Assembly: GCF_006345805.1 (NCBI RefSeq)
Contig: NW_021835244.1
Span: forward strand, 1-41,436
Length of the DNA stretch: 41,436 nucleotides
From: Octopus sinensis
Taxonomy: Eukaryota
Direction of reading: 5' to 3'
Positions 1-11,774 of the stretch are shown here, one piece after another. The translations under genes were made by a program, and so were the position numbers. Below the pieces are notes generated by a model. It saw only the letters and a list, made by a program, of their open reading frames with translations, was not told where the DNA came from and did no database searches. Within the stretch, counting starts at the first letter, position 1. The number at the start of each line of letters is the position of its first letter.

Positions 1-350
1 TCTGATCACGAGCAGAATTAGTGGGGGATCATCATAGCCATGTGTTGAGAGGGATTCTTTGGGCTTTGAATAGTTCACCTCTGTAAACATGGGTGTTTCT
101 TTCAGCATCCTTAAACAACCCTTATTCAGGGACGTTTGAGCGGGAGGGGCTACTCAACTGAAGAAATTCTAACTGGCCCACTGGAAGGTCATGTACTGTT
201 TATCTTGATATGAGATCACCATGTCGCGCACATATGGTTGTGATGCATGTGCCTGTTGTATCGTTGTTTGACGGGTAGTCATAATGGATATATGAGCTTC
301 ATATATTTTAACCCAGTGTCACTTTGATGGCATGCACTACTCACTTACTC
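1..350 (+). mobile_element. Non-coding (TAA)n-tailed retro-repeat, copy 1 (cut by window start)
   Basis: Aligns by eye with 576-896 and ~1372-1727; all copies end ...actc followed by (TAA)n. Confidence 0.75.
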
Positions 351-396
351 TAATAATAATAATAAAACAATAATATAATAATAATAATAATAATAA

Positions 397-896
397 CAGT
401 GGCTCCATGGCTTCTGATCTTAAATTATTAGAAGTGTTATCATGTTACATTGTTTTGTCTTGGTATAAAAGATGGGCTACAGCAAATATTCTGCTCCAAT
501 ACCACAGATTTGCTTGTCAGTTGTTTGACCATAACCAGTGAGCATGTCCTTTAGTGGCTGACGATATGTGCATCTCTGATCACGAGCAGAAGTAGTAGAG
601 GAGCACCATAGCCGTGTATTGAAGGAATTCTTGGAGGTTTGAATAATACACCTTTGGAAACATGGTTGGTCTGTTCAGCATCCTTATTCAGGGACTTTTT
701 GAGCAGGCTGGGCTACTCGACCAGAAGAAAATTCTAACTGGGCCTCTCTTGCAAGGTCATGTGCTGTTTATCTTGATATGAGATCACCATGTTGCGCACT
801 TATGGTTGTGATGCATGTGTAGTCATGATGGTTATACTGGGCTTCGTATATTTTACCCCTGTGTTACACTTGATGACATGCACTGTTCTCTCACTC
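397..896 (+). mobile_element. Non-coding (TAA)n-tailed retro-repeat, copy 2
   Basis: Same family as 1-350; flanked by (TAA)n on both sides; no convincing ORF. Confidence 0.75.
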
Positions 897-968
<72 letters not shown>

Positions 969-1000
969 ATGATGATGAAGATGATGGTGATGATGATGAT
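897..1000. repeat. Compound (AAT)n/(GAT)n microsatellite
   Basis: Direct reading. Confidence 0.95.
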
Positions 1001-1290
1001 ACACAGAAAAAACAGAATAGAAAGCACATCAGAAAGTGATAAGTGCAGAATTTGTGGACAAAATAGAGAAACCGTATGTCATGACAATAAGAAAGAAAAG
1101 TCGATAGATATGACAGGTTAGCTTGGAAAGTTAAGTAGTTGCAGGCGATGAAAAAGATGGTAGTAGTACCAATAATTGTCGGAGCCCTGGGAACATTTAG
1201 TAAAACTCTTGAGAAGTACATGTATATGGGTTGCAATAAGGGTGTAGCACATGCAGAAAAAGCACTGCTTGGAACCGCTCGAATACTCCG
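1001..1290 (+). mobile_element. Internally deleted 3' fragment of R4/Dong-type RLE retrotransposon (family A)
   Basis: SDKCRICGQNRETVCH and VVVPIIVGALG...LLGTARILR match the copy at 2240-2820; the ~290 nt between them in that copy are missing here. Confidence 0.85.
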
Positions 1291-1727
1291 GCTCAATACC
1301 ACAGATTTGCTTGTCAGTTGTTTGACCTTAACCAGTTGACCAGTCCCTTAGTGGCTGAGGATATGTGCATCTCTAATCACGAGCAGAAGTGGTGGTGGAG
1401 CATCCTATACTATATGTTGATAGGGATTCTTTGGGGTTTGGAAATTCACCGCTGGAAGTTTGGTGTTTCGTTCAACATCCTTAAACAACCCTTATACAGG
1501 GACTTTTTGAGCGGGATAGGCTACTGGACCAGAAGAAAATTCTAAGTGGGATCCACCTGTAAGGTAATGCGCTGTTAATCTTGATATGAAATTAAGATGT
1601 CGCGCAAATATGGTTGTGATGCATGTGCCTGTTGTATCGTTGTCTGACGGGTAGTCATAATGGATATACTGAGCTTCATATATTTTAACCCAGTGTCACT
1701 TTGATGGCATGCACTACTCACTTACTC
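1291..1727 (+). mobile_element. Non-coding (TAA)n-tailed retro-repeat, copy 3
   Basis: Starts ctcaataccacagatttgc (compare ~494-512), ends cacttactc + (TAA)n. Confidence 0.75.
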
Positions 1728-1839
1728 AATATAATAATATAATAATATAAATAATAAATAATAATATAATAATAATATAAAATTAATATAATAATAATAA
1801 TAATAATAATCATAATAATAATAATAGTAGTAGTAATAA

Positions 1840-1884
<45 letters not shown>
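1728..1884. repeat. (TAA)n microsatellite
   Basis: Direct reading; similar tracts at 351-396, ~2920-3028 and 6967-6992. Confidence 0.95.
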
Positions 1885-1886
<2 letters not shown>

Positions 1887-2905
1887 TTTTACTCTAATGC
1901 TGTGTTTAGAATTATTATTTACACAGCATTAGAGCAGAAGAAAACAACATAAAATGGTATGTAAAAAACGTCACAGAGCCGCTATTATTAGAAGTAGGAA
2001 GGTTTGGCTTGCGTAGAATGAAAGAATACGAAGATAAAGCACTATAAAAGAAATTGAAAACTAATGAACCTGAAAATAGGTGGCAAAAGAAAAGAATGCA
2101 TGGTCAATGCATGATACGACATACAAAGAAAAAGATGGCTGTGGATGACTAAAAGTGATTTAAAACCGGAAAAGGAGGCCAGAATCTGTGCTGCCCCAGA
2201 GCAAGCACTAACAATAGATTACATAAATTACAAAATAGACAACACATCAGAAAGTGATAAGTGCAGAATCTGTGGACAAAACGGTGAAACCGTATGTCAT
2301 ATTAGCAGCCAATGTACGCCACTAGCCTAGAAGGAATATAAGAGACGTCACGACAATATAGCCGGGCTTGTCCATCGGACACGTTGCACCAAGTATGGAC
2401 GTGACAGAGCCAAAAATTGGTACGACCACAAACCTGAAGGCATCGCCGAAAATAGAAATGCAAATATCCTATGGGATTTTATGATTCAGTGCGACCATGT
2501 GATGATAGAGAATATGAAGCCTGACATAGTCTTAATTGAGAAAGAAAATAAACTATGTTGGATCATAGATATAGCATGCCAAGCTGACAACAAGGATAAG
2601 GAAGAAAGAAAAGTCGAGAGATATGACAGGTTAGCTTGGGAAGTTAAGCAGTTGTGGTATATGAAAAAGGTAGCAGTAGTACCAATAATTGTCGGGGCCC
2701 TGGGAACAGTGAGTAAAAATCTCGAGAAGTAAGTGGAACAAAAAGTGATGCAATAAGAGTGGAGCACTTGCAGAAAATAGCACTGCTTGGAACCGCTCGA
2801 ATACTCCGGAAGGTGCTCGAATAACAAGAGGTGTTACCTTAGTACACTTGTAGTGAACAACTGGACACTGTCGTACATCTCCAGCGTTAGAAGCTGTGCA
2901 AGGCA
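1885..2905 (+). mobile_element. 5'-truncated R4/Dong-type RLE non-LTR retrotransposon (family A), degenerate
   Basis: MHGQ motif, CCHC knuckle CRICGQNGETVCHISSQC, RLE motif KPDIVLIEKENKLCWIIDIAC...KVERYDRL, stop after RKVLE, short 3' UTR, (CAA)/(TAA) tail. Confidence 0.9.
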
Positions 2906-2946
2906 ACAACAACAACAAATATAAAAATAAAAAAATTAATAATAAC

Positions 2947-3008
<62 letters not shown>

Positions 3009-3023
3009 AATAATAGTAATAAT

Positions 3024-6000
3024 AATAACACCGGGGACGTTTAAGAAAATAACACCGGGGACGTTTAAGATGTAAGAAGGAAAATACAGGCTCCGAAATC
3101 TATCCACAACATCGAAAACAAGGACACCCTATGGAGCCAAAGATTACTAACAAAGAATTGGACTATATCCGAGTAAGTAATACTAATTGAAATTTATTAC
3201 TATTTTCGAAACGAAATGATGTATTTTGACTCGATATCATCTCCACCTCTAAACGCAACACATGTAAACATGCGTGAAACATCACGATCATCTCCCGACC
3301 CAAACCATGTACAAAGGAAACTACGAAGAATTAAATGCCACCGATACTATTCAACCCAAAGAATAACAATCGAGCGGTACGTACATTAAACTTACAACAA
3401 AAAATGTACGAAAAACTACACGTGCGAAATAATATGACAACAGAATAAACGGACCGGTACCCTACGAAAATGACGACCGTCAAAATAATGGGCCGGACGT
3501 TTACCCATGTCCCGCAAATAAAAACCCAAAAGACGTAAATGGACACGTGAGGAATACATTTCTATCTTACACCATACTTCACAGCAGTACTCTACCCAAA
3601 AATGAAAATACAACAACACATACATATAAAATATGGAAGGAAATAATAGAGATATAGACTTGGATACAGCAATGAACCCTAATCTTAGCTAACGTACGAA
3701 GATACATTCTCACACAAAAAATATCAGAAATAGAAATAGAACACCTAAAAGAAAACATACACCAGGAAAATGTGATAGAAGCCACACAACAATGCCCCAT
3801 AATATAACACTGAAACTGTAAAACACGAAGACAAACGCAACATTCCCAACAAACACGATGTAAACAACGAAGGGGAGCCTAATGATTATGATAATATATA
3901 ATAAAAAATAAAATAATCAAAGGACTGAAAACCACAGAGCTCAAAATGGACCACCGACATACCTCCCAGAATCAAAATAAACAAAATAACCACACCTATT
4001 ATAAACAGCATACAAACCTAGCCGTCACTGAACTGATAGCCACTGAAACAAAAAAGTGATATCACTGAGCTAAATAACCTAATATACGCAGCAGCCACTG
4101 CAGCCACAAAAGAAGCTGGATACTCACCCAAACCCGCCCAAACCGGTACCACCACCCAAACAAACCCTGTGGATAAATAACATCCAAAGCAAAATAAAAA
4201 AATTAGAAAAGACCTGTCGATTCTTAATGAAATCAGCAACAATCAACGCTACTGAGCAAAAAAAAGAAAAAAGAAAAAATACTCCGCAATATAACATCAC
4301 AGAAAAAAGATTTGCCTGAAATAAAAGAAAAGCTGAAGCAAGATATCCTTGCCAAAGCACAAAGGATCCGCCGGTACAAGAAACGCCAACGCTTCTTTGA
4401 AGAAAAACAAAAGTTCAACTCCAACCCCAAAAGTTCTACCAAGAACTGGGAAAAAATAAAATAGAAGTCACTGCAGCACCCACGGCAGAAGAATTGGAAG
4501 AATTCTGGGAGAAATATGGTCGGCGAACGAACCACCAAAAAAAAGGAGTATCAGAATAACAAACTCGGCATCTGAACAACTTTGGACCCCCATAACAACT
4601 GAAGAGGTCACCCAGGCACTGCAAAGACTAAGCAACTGGAAGGCACTGGGCATGACAAGATCCCCAACTTCTGGTTGAATATCTAACAGGATGCACAAAA
4701 AGCTGGCTGAAAACTTTAACACGTACTAGCAGAGCCAGAGACAATGCCTGAATGGCTCACGAAGGGGAAACCATCTTAATTCCCAAATCAAATGAACAGA
4801 AAACCAGAAAACTACAGACCAATAACCTGCCTCCCTACTATGTTCAAGGCATTTACTGCAGTGATATCACAAAGGCTGAACAAGCACCTGACGAAAACAA
4901 ACTGTTCCCAGAAGAGCAGAAAGATGCCGCAAAGGCTCATATGGCTGTAAAGATCAACTAATGATTAATAAAGCCATAACTGAAGACAGCCACAGAAAGA
5001 AGAAAGGCCTCAGTATGGCCTGGATTGACTACAAAAAGGCGTTTGATAGCATCCCCCACACATGGATCCTCGAAACACTAGCCATTACAAAGTAGCACCA
5101 ACAATCATAAATTCATAGAGCACTCTATGAATAAATGGCAAACAGTCCTACACCTCCAAACAAAAGAGGGACACATGAAAACCAAGACATCCCCATTAAG
5201 AGAGGAATATTCCAGGGAGACACCGCTCTCTCCACTCCTTTTCTGCTTGGCACTGTCACCTCTATCTGATATGCTAAATAGAACTGGATGCGGATATAAA
5301 TGTCACGGCAAAACGATCAGCCACCTTTTATATATGGATGACCTAAAACTATACGCTGCAAATGACAAACAGCGGAAACACTATTAAGACAGTTCATGGA
5401 TTACCAAAGAAATAGATATGAATTTGGATTAAAAAAATGCGCCAAAGTAACCCTGAAAAGAGGAAAACTAGTTAAGAGTAACAACATCACACTAGATAAA
5501 ACCAATGAAATAAAAGAATTAGACCAAAGCCAACTTACAAATACTTAGGAATCCATGAACTAGATAAGACACACCACACACCAATGAAAGAGAAAATAAA
5601 AAAAGAATATTATAGACGGTTAGATCAATACTAACACAGAGCTCAATGCTAAAAAACAAGATAATAGGTATCAACACTTTAGCTGTCCCAGTTATAAGTT
5701 ACAGCTACAATATCCTTACTGGACACGAAATGAACTGACCAAAATAGATCGGAAAACAAGAAAAATATGACAGGATCTAGGATGCATCACCCAAAATCTG
5801 ACATAGAAAGACTATATATACAACGTATAGAAGGTGGATAGGCCTTATACAGCTGGAAAACTACTATAAAATAACCACCATAGGACTGCAAAAATATCTA
5901 CTTCAGAAGGAAGGAAAACTGATCCAGATAGCGGCAAAACACGAGCAAAACAAAAAAATGTTCTCAGTATTTAAGGAAGCTGACAAATACAAACAAGAAA

Positions 6001-6966
6001 TCATACCACCTAATAAACATGAAGAAGAAGATGAAGAAACAACAAAAGCTATAAAACAAATGAAATCCAAACTAAAAATAGAACAGAAACGAACCATGAT
6101 AAAATGATGGCAAGAAAAGCCCCTTCATGGTAAATACTGGACTAAACTAAACGCAAAAAAAAACAAAGAAAAAATCCCAGCAATGGTTGAGAAGCTCAGG
6201 ACTCAAAGCAGGAACAGAGGGTTTTAATTGCATCACAAGACAAAGCCTCCCCACCAGAAATTACCAAAAACATGTAACGAAAAGAAATATTACAAGTAAC
6301 TGCAGATATGTGGAGATGGACAATAAACAATAAATCATATTATCTCTAGCTGCCCAGTCTTGGCTAAGAAGGAATATATTCACAGACATGACACAGTTGG
6401 AACCTACATACATTGGAAGCTATGCCAACATTATGGAATAACAACAGAAAAAAGATGGTATAGGCACACACCAGAAAAGGTCACAGAAAACGAGAAGCAA
6501 CCATACTCTGGGATATGCCGATACACACAGATAGAGAAATTAAGGCCAACAGACCAGATATAGTTGTCAGAGATCATGAAGAAAAAAAATGCTTTCTAAT
6601 TGATGTATCAATACCGGCAGATGACAACGTGTCTCTAAAAGAAATGGAGAAACTTTCAAAATACAAAGACCTGGAAATAGAGGTAACTAGAATGTGGAAT
6701 CTGAAAACAGAAACAATTCCTATCATAGTAGGTGCATTAGGCATGATAAAAAAAATATTCAGACAAATACATAACAAAAACACCAGGACTTACAAACACA
6801 TATAACATACAGAAAATTGCACTACTAGGCACTGCACACATCCTACGCAGAACACTTTCCATACAATAACCATCAGAGCATCACAACAAATCACAGCACA
6901 TACCCAAGGCACACAGAGCTGCGCTCGGTAGTGAAGTGAAAGCACGCTATAAAAATAAAACTACTG
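3024..6966 (+). mobile_element. Near full-length R4/Dong-type RLE non-LTR retrotransposon (family B), frameshifted in this sequence
   Basis: N-terminal RRKWTREE; RT motifs YRPITCLP, WIDYKKAFDSIPH, GIFQGD, HLLYMDDLKLYA (~5322-5357); LHGKY; CCHC; RLE RPDIVVRDHEEKKCFLIDVSIP...KLSKYKDL; (TAA)n on both sides. Confidence 0.95.
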
Positions 6967-7039
6967 AATAATAATAATATAATAATAATAATCCTTTCTT
7001 TATTAGCCACAGGGGCTATTAATTCTATAATCTCCATCT

Positions 7040-7095
7040 ATCTATCATCGTCATCATCATCGCCTTCAATATCATGATGTCGTACTCATCATCAC

Positions 7096-7139
<44 letters not shown>

Positions 7140-7153
7140 CACATCACCATCAC

Positions 7154-7201
<48 letters not shown>

Positions 7202-7460
7202 GTTCATTACTGTCGTCGTCACTGTCGTCGTTGCCCCTGTCTTTGTCATCATCATCACCATCGTCTTCTCCCTCTGCTCCTCTCCTCATCTTTTCATCTA
7301 CACAATATCCATCCTCATCAGTTTCATAATCCTAGTCATCTTCATCATTAACAACTAACTATTGACATCTTTTTCCTTTATGATTATCTTCATCTCAGCC
7401 TGTTGTTTTTCTTTTTCTTATAATCATATTCAGTAGCATCATCATCATCATCATGTCCAT
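7040..7460. repeat. (CAT)n microsatellite and degenerate flanks
   Basis: Direct reading. Confidence 0.9.
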
Positions 7461-7909
7461 CCTCATACTTCTTCTTCCTCTTCTTCTACCCTTCCCTTTT
7501 TTCTTTCTTGTATCCAATTTCCTCGTCATTATTGTCATTCGTTTCTTCTGTATTTTGGCAAATCATCTATTAAAATCTCCATCTCCCCCATGCCCAATTT
7601 AGGATCCATAATTACCCTCATCTAACTGACACACACTTCAAACCTGTCTTTAAACCCTACAATCTTTACTACTGACCCCAACCCAATCCAATTAGATGCA
7701 ATAATACAACACTTAGTAACATTACCGTCACAACACGCCTCCCCACTGTAATGCCTCGCTCTACAATACTACCCATATGACTACATATAGCAGTGATGAT
7801 ATCCCTTCCCAATCCAATACTGGTACTGATTATACCCCCAGTTCCGCTTTGTTGATAACATATCTTACGAACCTGACCTTCCCGTCGATAGATTGCAACC
7901 GTAGGTGAG

Positions 7910-8340
7910 GCAGAAAAACCTGCAATTTCTGGGTGTCTCAACTTTACCCTCTTAAGGTTCTTGACTATGCAAAAATATAATCTACAAATGCCGAGTAGTA
8001 ACACCACGCTCCCACCAAAAAAACGGTCTACATAGGCAGCACCGTTGATTTCAGGCACCACCATCGAGCACGCACGAACTTGCTTTCTCTAATCTAATTC
8101 TAAATGATATGCCTCCTTAGCAACTTATATGCACAAACTCAAATATCGAAATATTCCCCATACCTTACTCTGGTCCATCGTAAGAGAGGTTCCCCATACG
8201 ACACTAATCTCGGCTTTTGTAAGTTGTGTTTAAGGGAATCGCTAAGCATCCTTCGCAACCACAACCCCTCATTATTTAATAGATTCCCAGATGTAATACT
8301 CTCTTGCAAACACAGGTTCACTCATCATTTTCCCATTTTG
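7910..8340 (+). mobile_element. Degenerate Penelope-like element GIY-YIG endonuclease relic (CT-rich 3' region continues to ~11000, split by an LTR element)
   Basis: Manual translation KTCN...PL...CKNIIYKCRVVTPRSHQKTVYIGST, then PYDTNLGFCKLCLRESLSILRNHNPSLFNRFPDVILSCKH, matching the PLE GIY-YIG C-terminus pattern CxLCLxExxxI...LN...CxH. Confidence 0.75.
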
Positions 8341-8908
8341 TTAAATCTATGTAATCGGATTACTATTGACCGTAAGATGCAACTAGGTTTCACTAGCAAC
8401 TTATCCCTTGCATTAATACACTTTTTCTACGGAATTATTCCTTTTTATGATTACCTTTGCACATTCGTTTCACCCTGTACATCGTACCCCCTTACAGTCA
8501 CCCCATCCTCACACCTTGTATTCTTCCCCTTTTCTCCATCTCTCTACAACCCAAATCACCCACAACTACTTCACTGCTCTCGGTACCAGTCTATCTACTC
8601 CTCTTCCCTCCTTTACTCTCATACACTTCTACATACCTCAGTACTCTCCTTCACCGACAACCCACCTACATTACTTGATCCCCCTCTTCAACCTAAAGCC
8701 TCTAGCAATAACTGCTGCTGTCTTAACTACCAAATTACCCCTCACTTACTCTGTCCACTACCCTCTATCTTCTCTCATACCTTTCTACTTACCTTAGTAA
8801 TTTCCCTCCTCCGCCAACTAACTTCTTTTTGTCGAATTGACCCTTAGCCACACCATCAGAATCTATAAATTTGACCTTTCCCTCTCTTTAATAGTTGCCC
8901 TTCCCTTT

Positions 8909-10565
8909 AGTTGTGGGAATAATAGTAATAATGCCACATCCATCCCACGTGACGAGTGGTGTGGGAAGTCGCTATAAATAAGGTGATGTCGGTTAGTATA
9001 GAAAGAAAGTACGAAGTAGACGGTTTTAGTCGTGTTTCTACTGGTCTAAAAACTATACTGCTATACCGAAGAGGGCGTTAAGAATCTGACATTAAGGATT
9101 ATAACAGATGCGACGAGAAATGAACAAAATCACGAGGAATTATCAAACAAAAGTTTTTCTTTTGTGCGAATTTTACGGGAAAAAAATCGCAGAATTACGG
9201 AAAATTTGGTGGCCAATTCGCTCGAGTTGCAAAAACAGCAACAGCAGCAACGGAAAGAACAACAGCAGCAGCAGATGCAATTGCAAGAACAACATCAGAC
9301 GCTACAAAAACAACAATAATTAATATTACAGCAACAAATGCTGTAATTAATGATAGTAACTCATCAGCAAATGCTGGAAAAAATGTTCTCGCCAGATTAT
9401 GTTGCGATTTTACTGGTCCTATAAACGGTTCATACTACTCAGTGGTAGTTGATAGTTTCTCTAGATGGTCTGACATTTGAAAGTGTAAAAACCCAACTAC
9501 CTCAAATGCGACAATTTTTTTCTCTTTAAGTGTTTGCGAGGTTTGGCATGACAGAGGCGATGGTGTCTAACAACGGAACACAATTTGTGTCTCTTGAATA
9601 TAAAAAGATTTGTGAAATAGTCGCAGTAGAGGATGTAACTATTGTGTTGTACCATCTGAGATCTAACGGACAAGCAGAACGCTCTGTCGATACGTTCAAG
9701 AGAAAGACGAATAAGGAGGTCACGGGCGTGGTAGCTCTACAATAATACTGAAGAGCATACCGTGTGACACCAAATCCAAATACACCAACAGGTATACCAC
9801 CAGCAGAGTTGAAGTTTGCGAGGAAAATAAAACCAGTCTTCGACAATTGCCACCGGGCAGGAAAAGAAAAATTACAAGGGAAAATACAGTAAGATTTTTC
9901 AAACTTAGTGAAAAGGTATTTATGAAGGCATATAAGAATGAAAAACAGAGTTGGGAAGATGGTGCGATCACCAAATGCATAGGAAAATGCTATAGTTGGT
10001 AAAAAGTAGAAAAGGCGTATACAAGAGATACATGAACCAACTGAAGAAAATAAAGATTCGTTGAGAACGAAACCAAGAGAATGGAAGAACCAATAGAATG
10101 GCTATATGATACTTTTCAAGTACCAACACCACTACAGGTGATTGAACCCAGGCGCACAAGCGTAAGAAAAAGAAGATGTACATGGTTCCTGGAAGTGGAT
10201 ACCAAACGGAAAAAAATATTAAATATGTGACTAAGAAAAAATACCCCTCAAAAATGAGAAGTGGGGTGATATAAAGAGTATTGCAATTAAAAGAAATAAA
10301 ATGACACTCCATAAGAAAAAAAGAAAGTCGTAAAAGGGGAAATGTTGTTGGGATAGAAATAATAATGGTAGACCCCTCCCACGTCACGTGTAATATGTGA
10401 GTCACTATAAATAAGGTGACGTCGGTTAGTATATAAAGAGAGAAAGATAGAGAGGGACAGAGTACGAAGTAGGCAGTTTTAGATAGCCGTGTCATTACTG
10501 GTCTAACAACTATACTGTTATAGCGAAGAGAGTGATATAACAATCCGACATTAAGGATCACAACA
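8909..10565 (+). mobile_element. Internally deleted Ty3/Gypsy (Mag-like) LTR element with both LTRs
   Basis: LTRs 8909-9106 and 10343-10565 ((T/A)GTTG...AACA); PBS-like gcgacgag after the 5' LTR; PPT aaaaggggaaa 10332-10342; TSD ccttt/tcttt; Gln-rich gag start; integrase VVVDSFSRW...FARFG...VSNNGTQF...SNGQAERSVDTFK. Confidence 0.9.
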
Positions 10566-11492
10566 TCTTTCACATTGTCTCAACTTCCCATTGTTCTATA
10601 ACCAATATCCCTAAATTTTGACATCTATTCACAAACCTAACAACTAACTACCCTTCAATTACTAGCCATTTCACCCCTCCCACTCACCACCCAACTCCCT
10701 TATCCTCTCATCCTTCTCTGCCTCAACAATCCCACTCTCCACCGAGACTTCTACTTCTCCCTCTCCAAAACTGCTTGCTCTACACATTTAACCCCCCCCC
10801 CCTTTAAACTTCTCTGCATCACGATCTGAAATGTAAGATCTTGCTTCTACCCTGACGAGGAAGGGTCAACTTACCCAACGTTTATTTGATTCCATTACTG
10901 GCCACATATTCTGATGAGCTACAACTACAAATATTATGACGGATTTCTGAGCCCCAGAAACGGATGTTGGATTTGTAACACCTTGCCTCCTCCCCTTTAA
11001 TTTTCTCTGTCGTCTGTACGCAGTGTAAGTTTGATCTATTAACATATAAATATTTATATATTTATGCTCAAATATTCATCGTCTAAAAATCTTCAGTCTT
11101 TACTTTCTTTCTCTTTACATATATAAATATACCATATATTTTGTATATCAAGCCCAAGCTGCTGTATTTAATTTGTTTACCCACACAACTGCTTCTGTAT
11201 CTGATCACCTGGATTCCTCTTACAGTCACACATTACCCAACCAACTGGTAAAGGTGTCGGAGTCTAAGTTCGAATCATTTGAGCGCAACAAAGGATTTTC
11301 TTTAACGAGAATCTTTAGATCTCTTATTTCAATTATAAATACACATGTACACACACACATAAACACGCATATATATATATTGCGTCTCATGTTTGATCTT
11401 TGACTTCTGGCCGAAATCACATCGCCATGTTGATTCGCTAGCTTCTTCGCGCATTTTTTTCTCTCCTTCTTTCTGTGTTTCTTTTCTGTGTA

Positions 11493-11530
11493 TCTTTCTG
11501 TTGAAGAGCGTAGGCTCGAAACGTTAAAGA
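11493..11530 (+). ncRNA. Minimal type-I hammerhead ribozyme motif with A6>U core change
   Basis: tcttt-CTGTTGA-a-gagc gtag gctc-GAA-ACGT-T-aaaga: stem I 5 bp, stem II 4 bp, palindromic stem III. Confidence 0.6.
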
Positions 11531-11774
11531 CTTGTTTCATTTATATTTCCTGAGCGCCATACTAATACAATTGTTTGTTTGTATTCCACCTGCCTTCGTC
11601 TTTTGTTTATATCCGTAAACTTGTCTTCGTCTTTTGTATATTTTCATAAAGCTTACCGTTATATATATATATACGCATACATAGACGCACACACTCACGC
11701 ACACGCACATACACACACACACATATATACATTAATAATAAAGAGTATAAATATAGAACTGGTGTGTATATACA

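Noticed and set aside
1-1727. Repeat-spacer arrangement as a CRISPR-like array
   Set aside because: Units are 350-500 nt retroelement pieces separated by microsatellites in eukaryotic DNA; no short regular repeats or cas genes.
8104-8847. 247-aa ORF as a host gene
   Set aside because: Only the first ~75 aa resemble a PLE GIY-YIG tail; the rest is stop-poor CT-rich low-complexity sequence.
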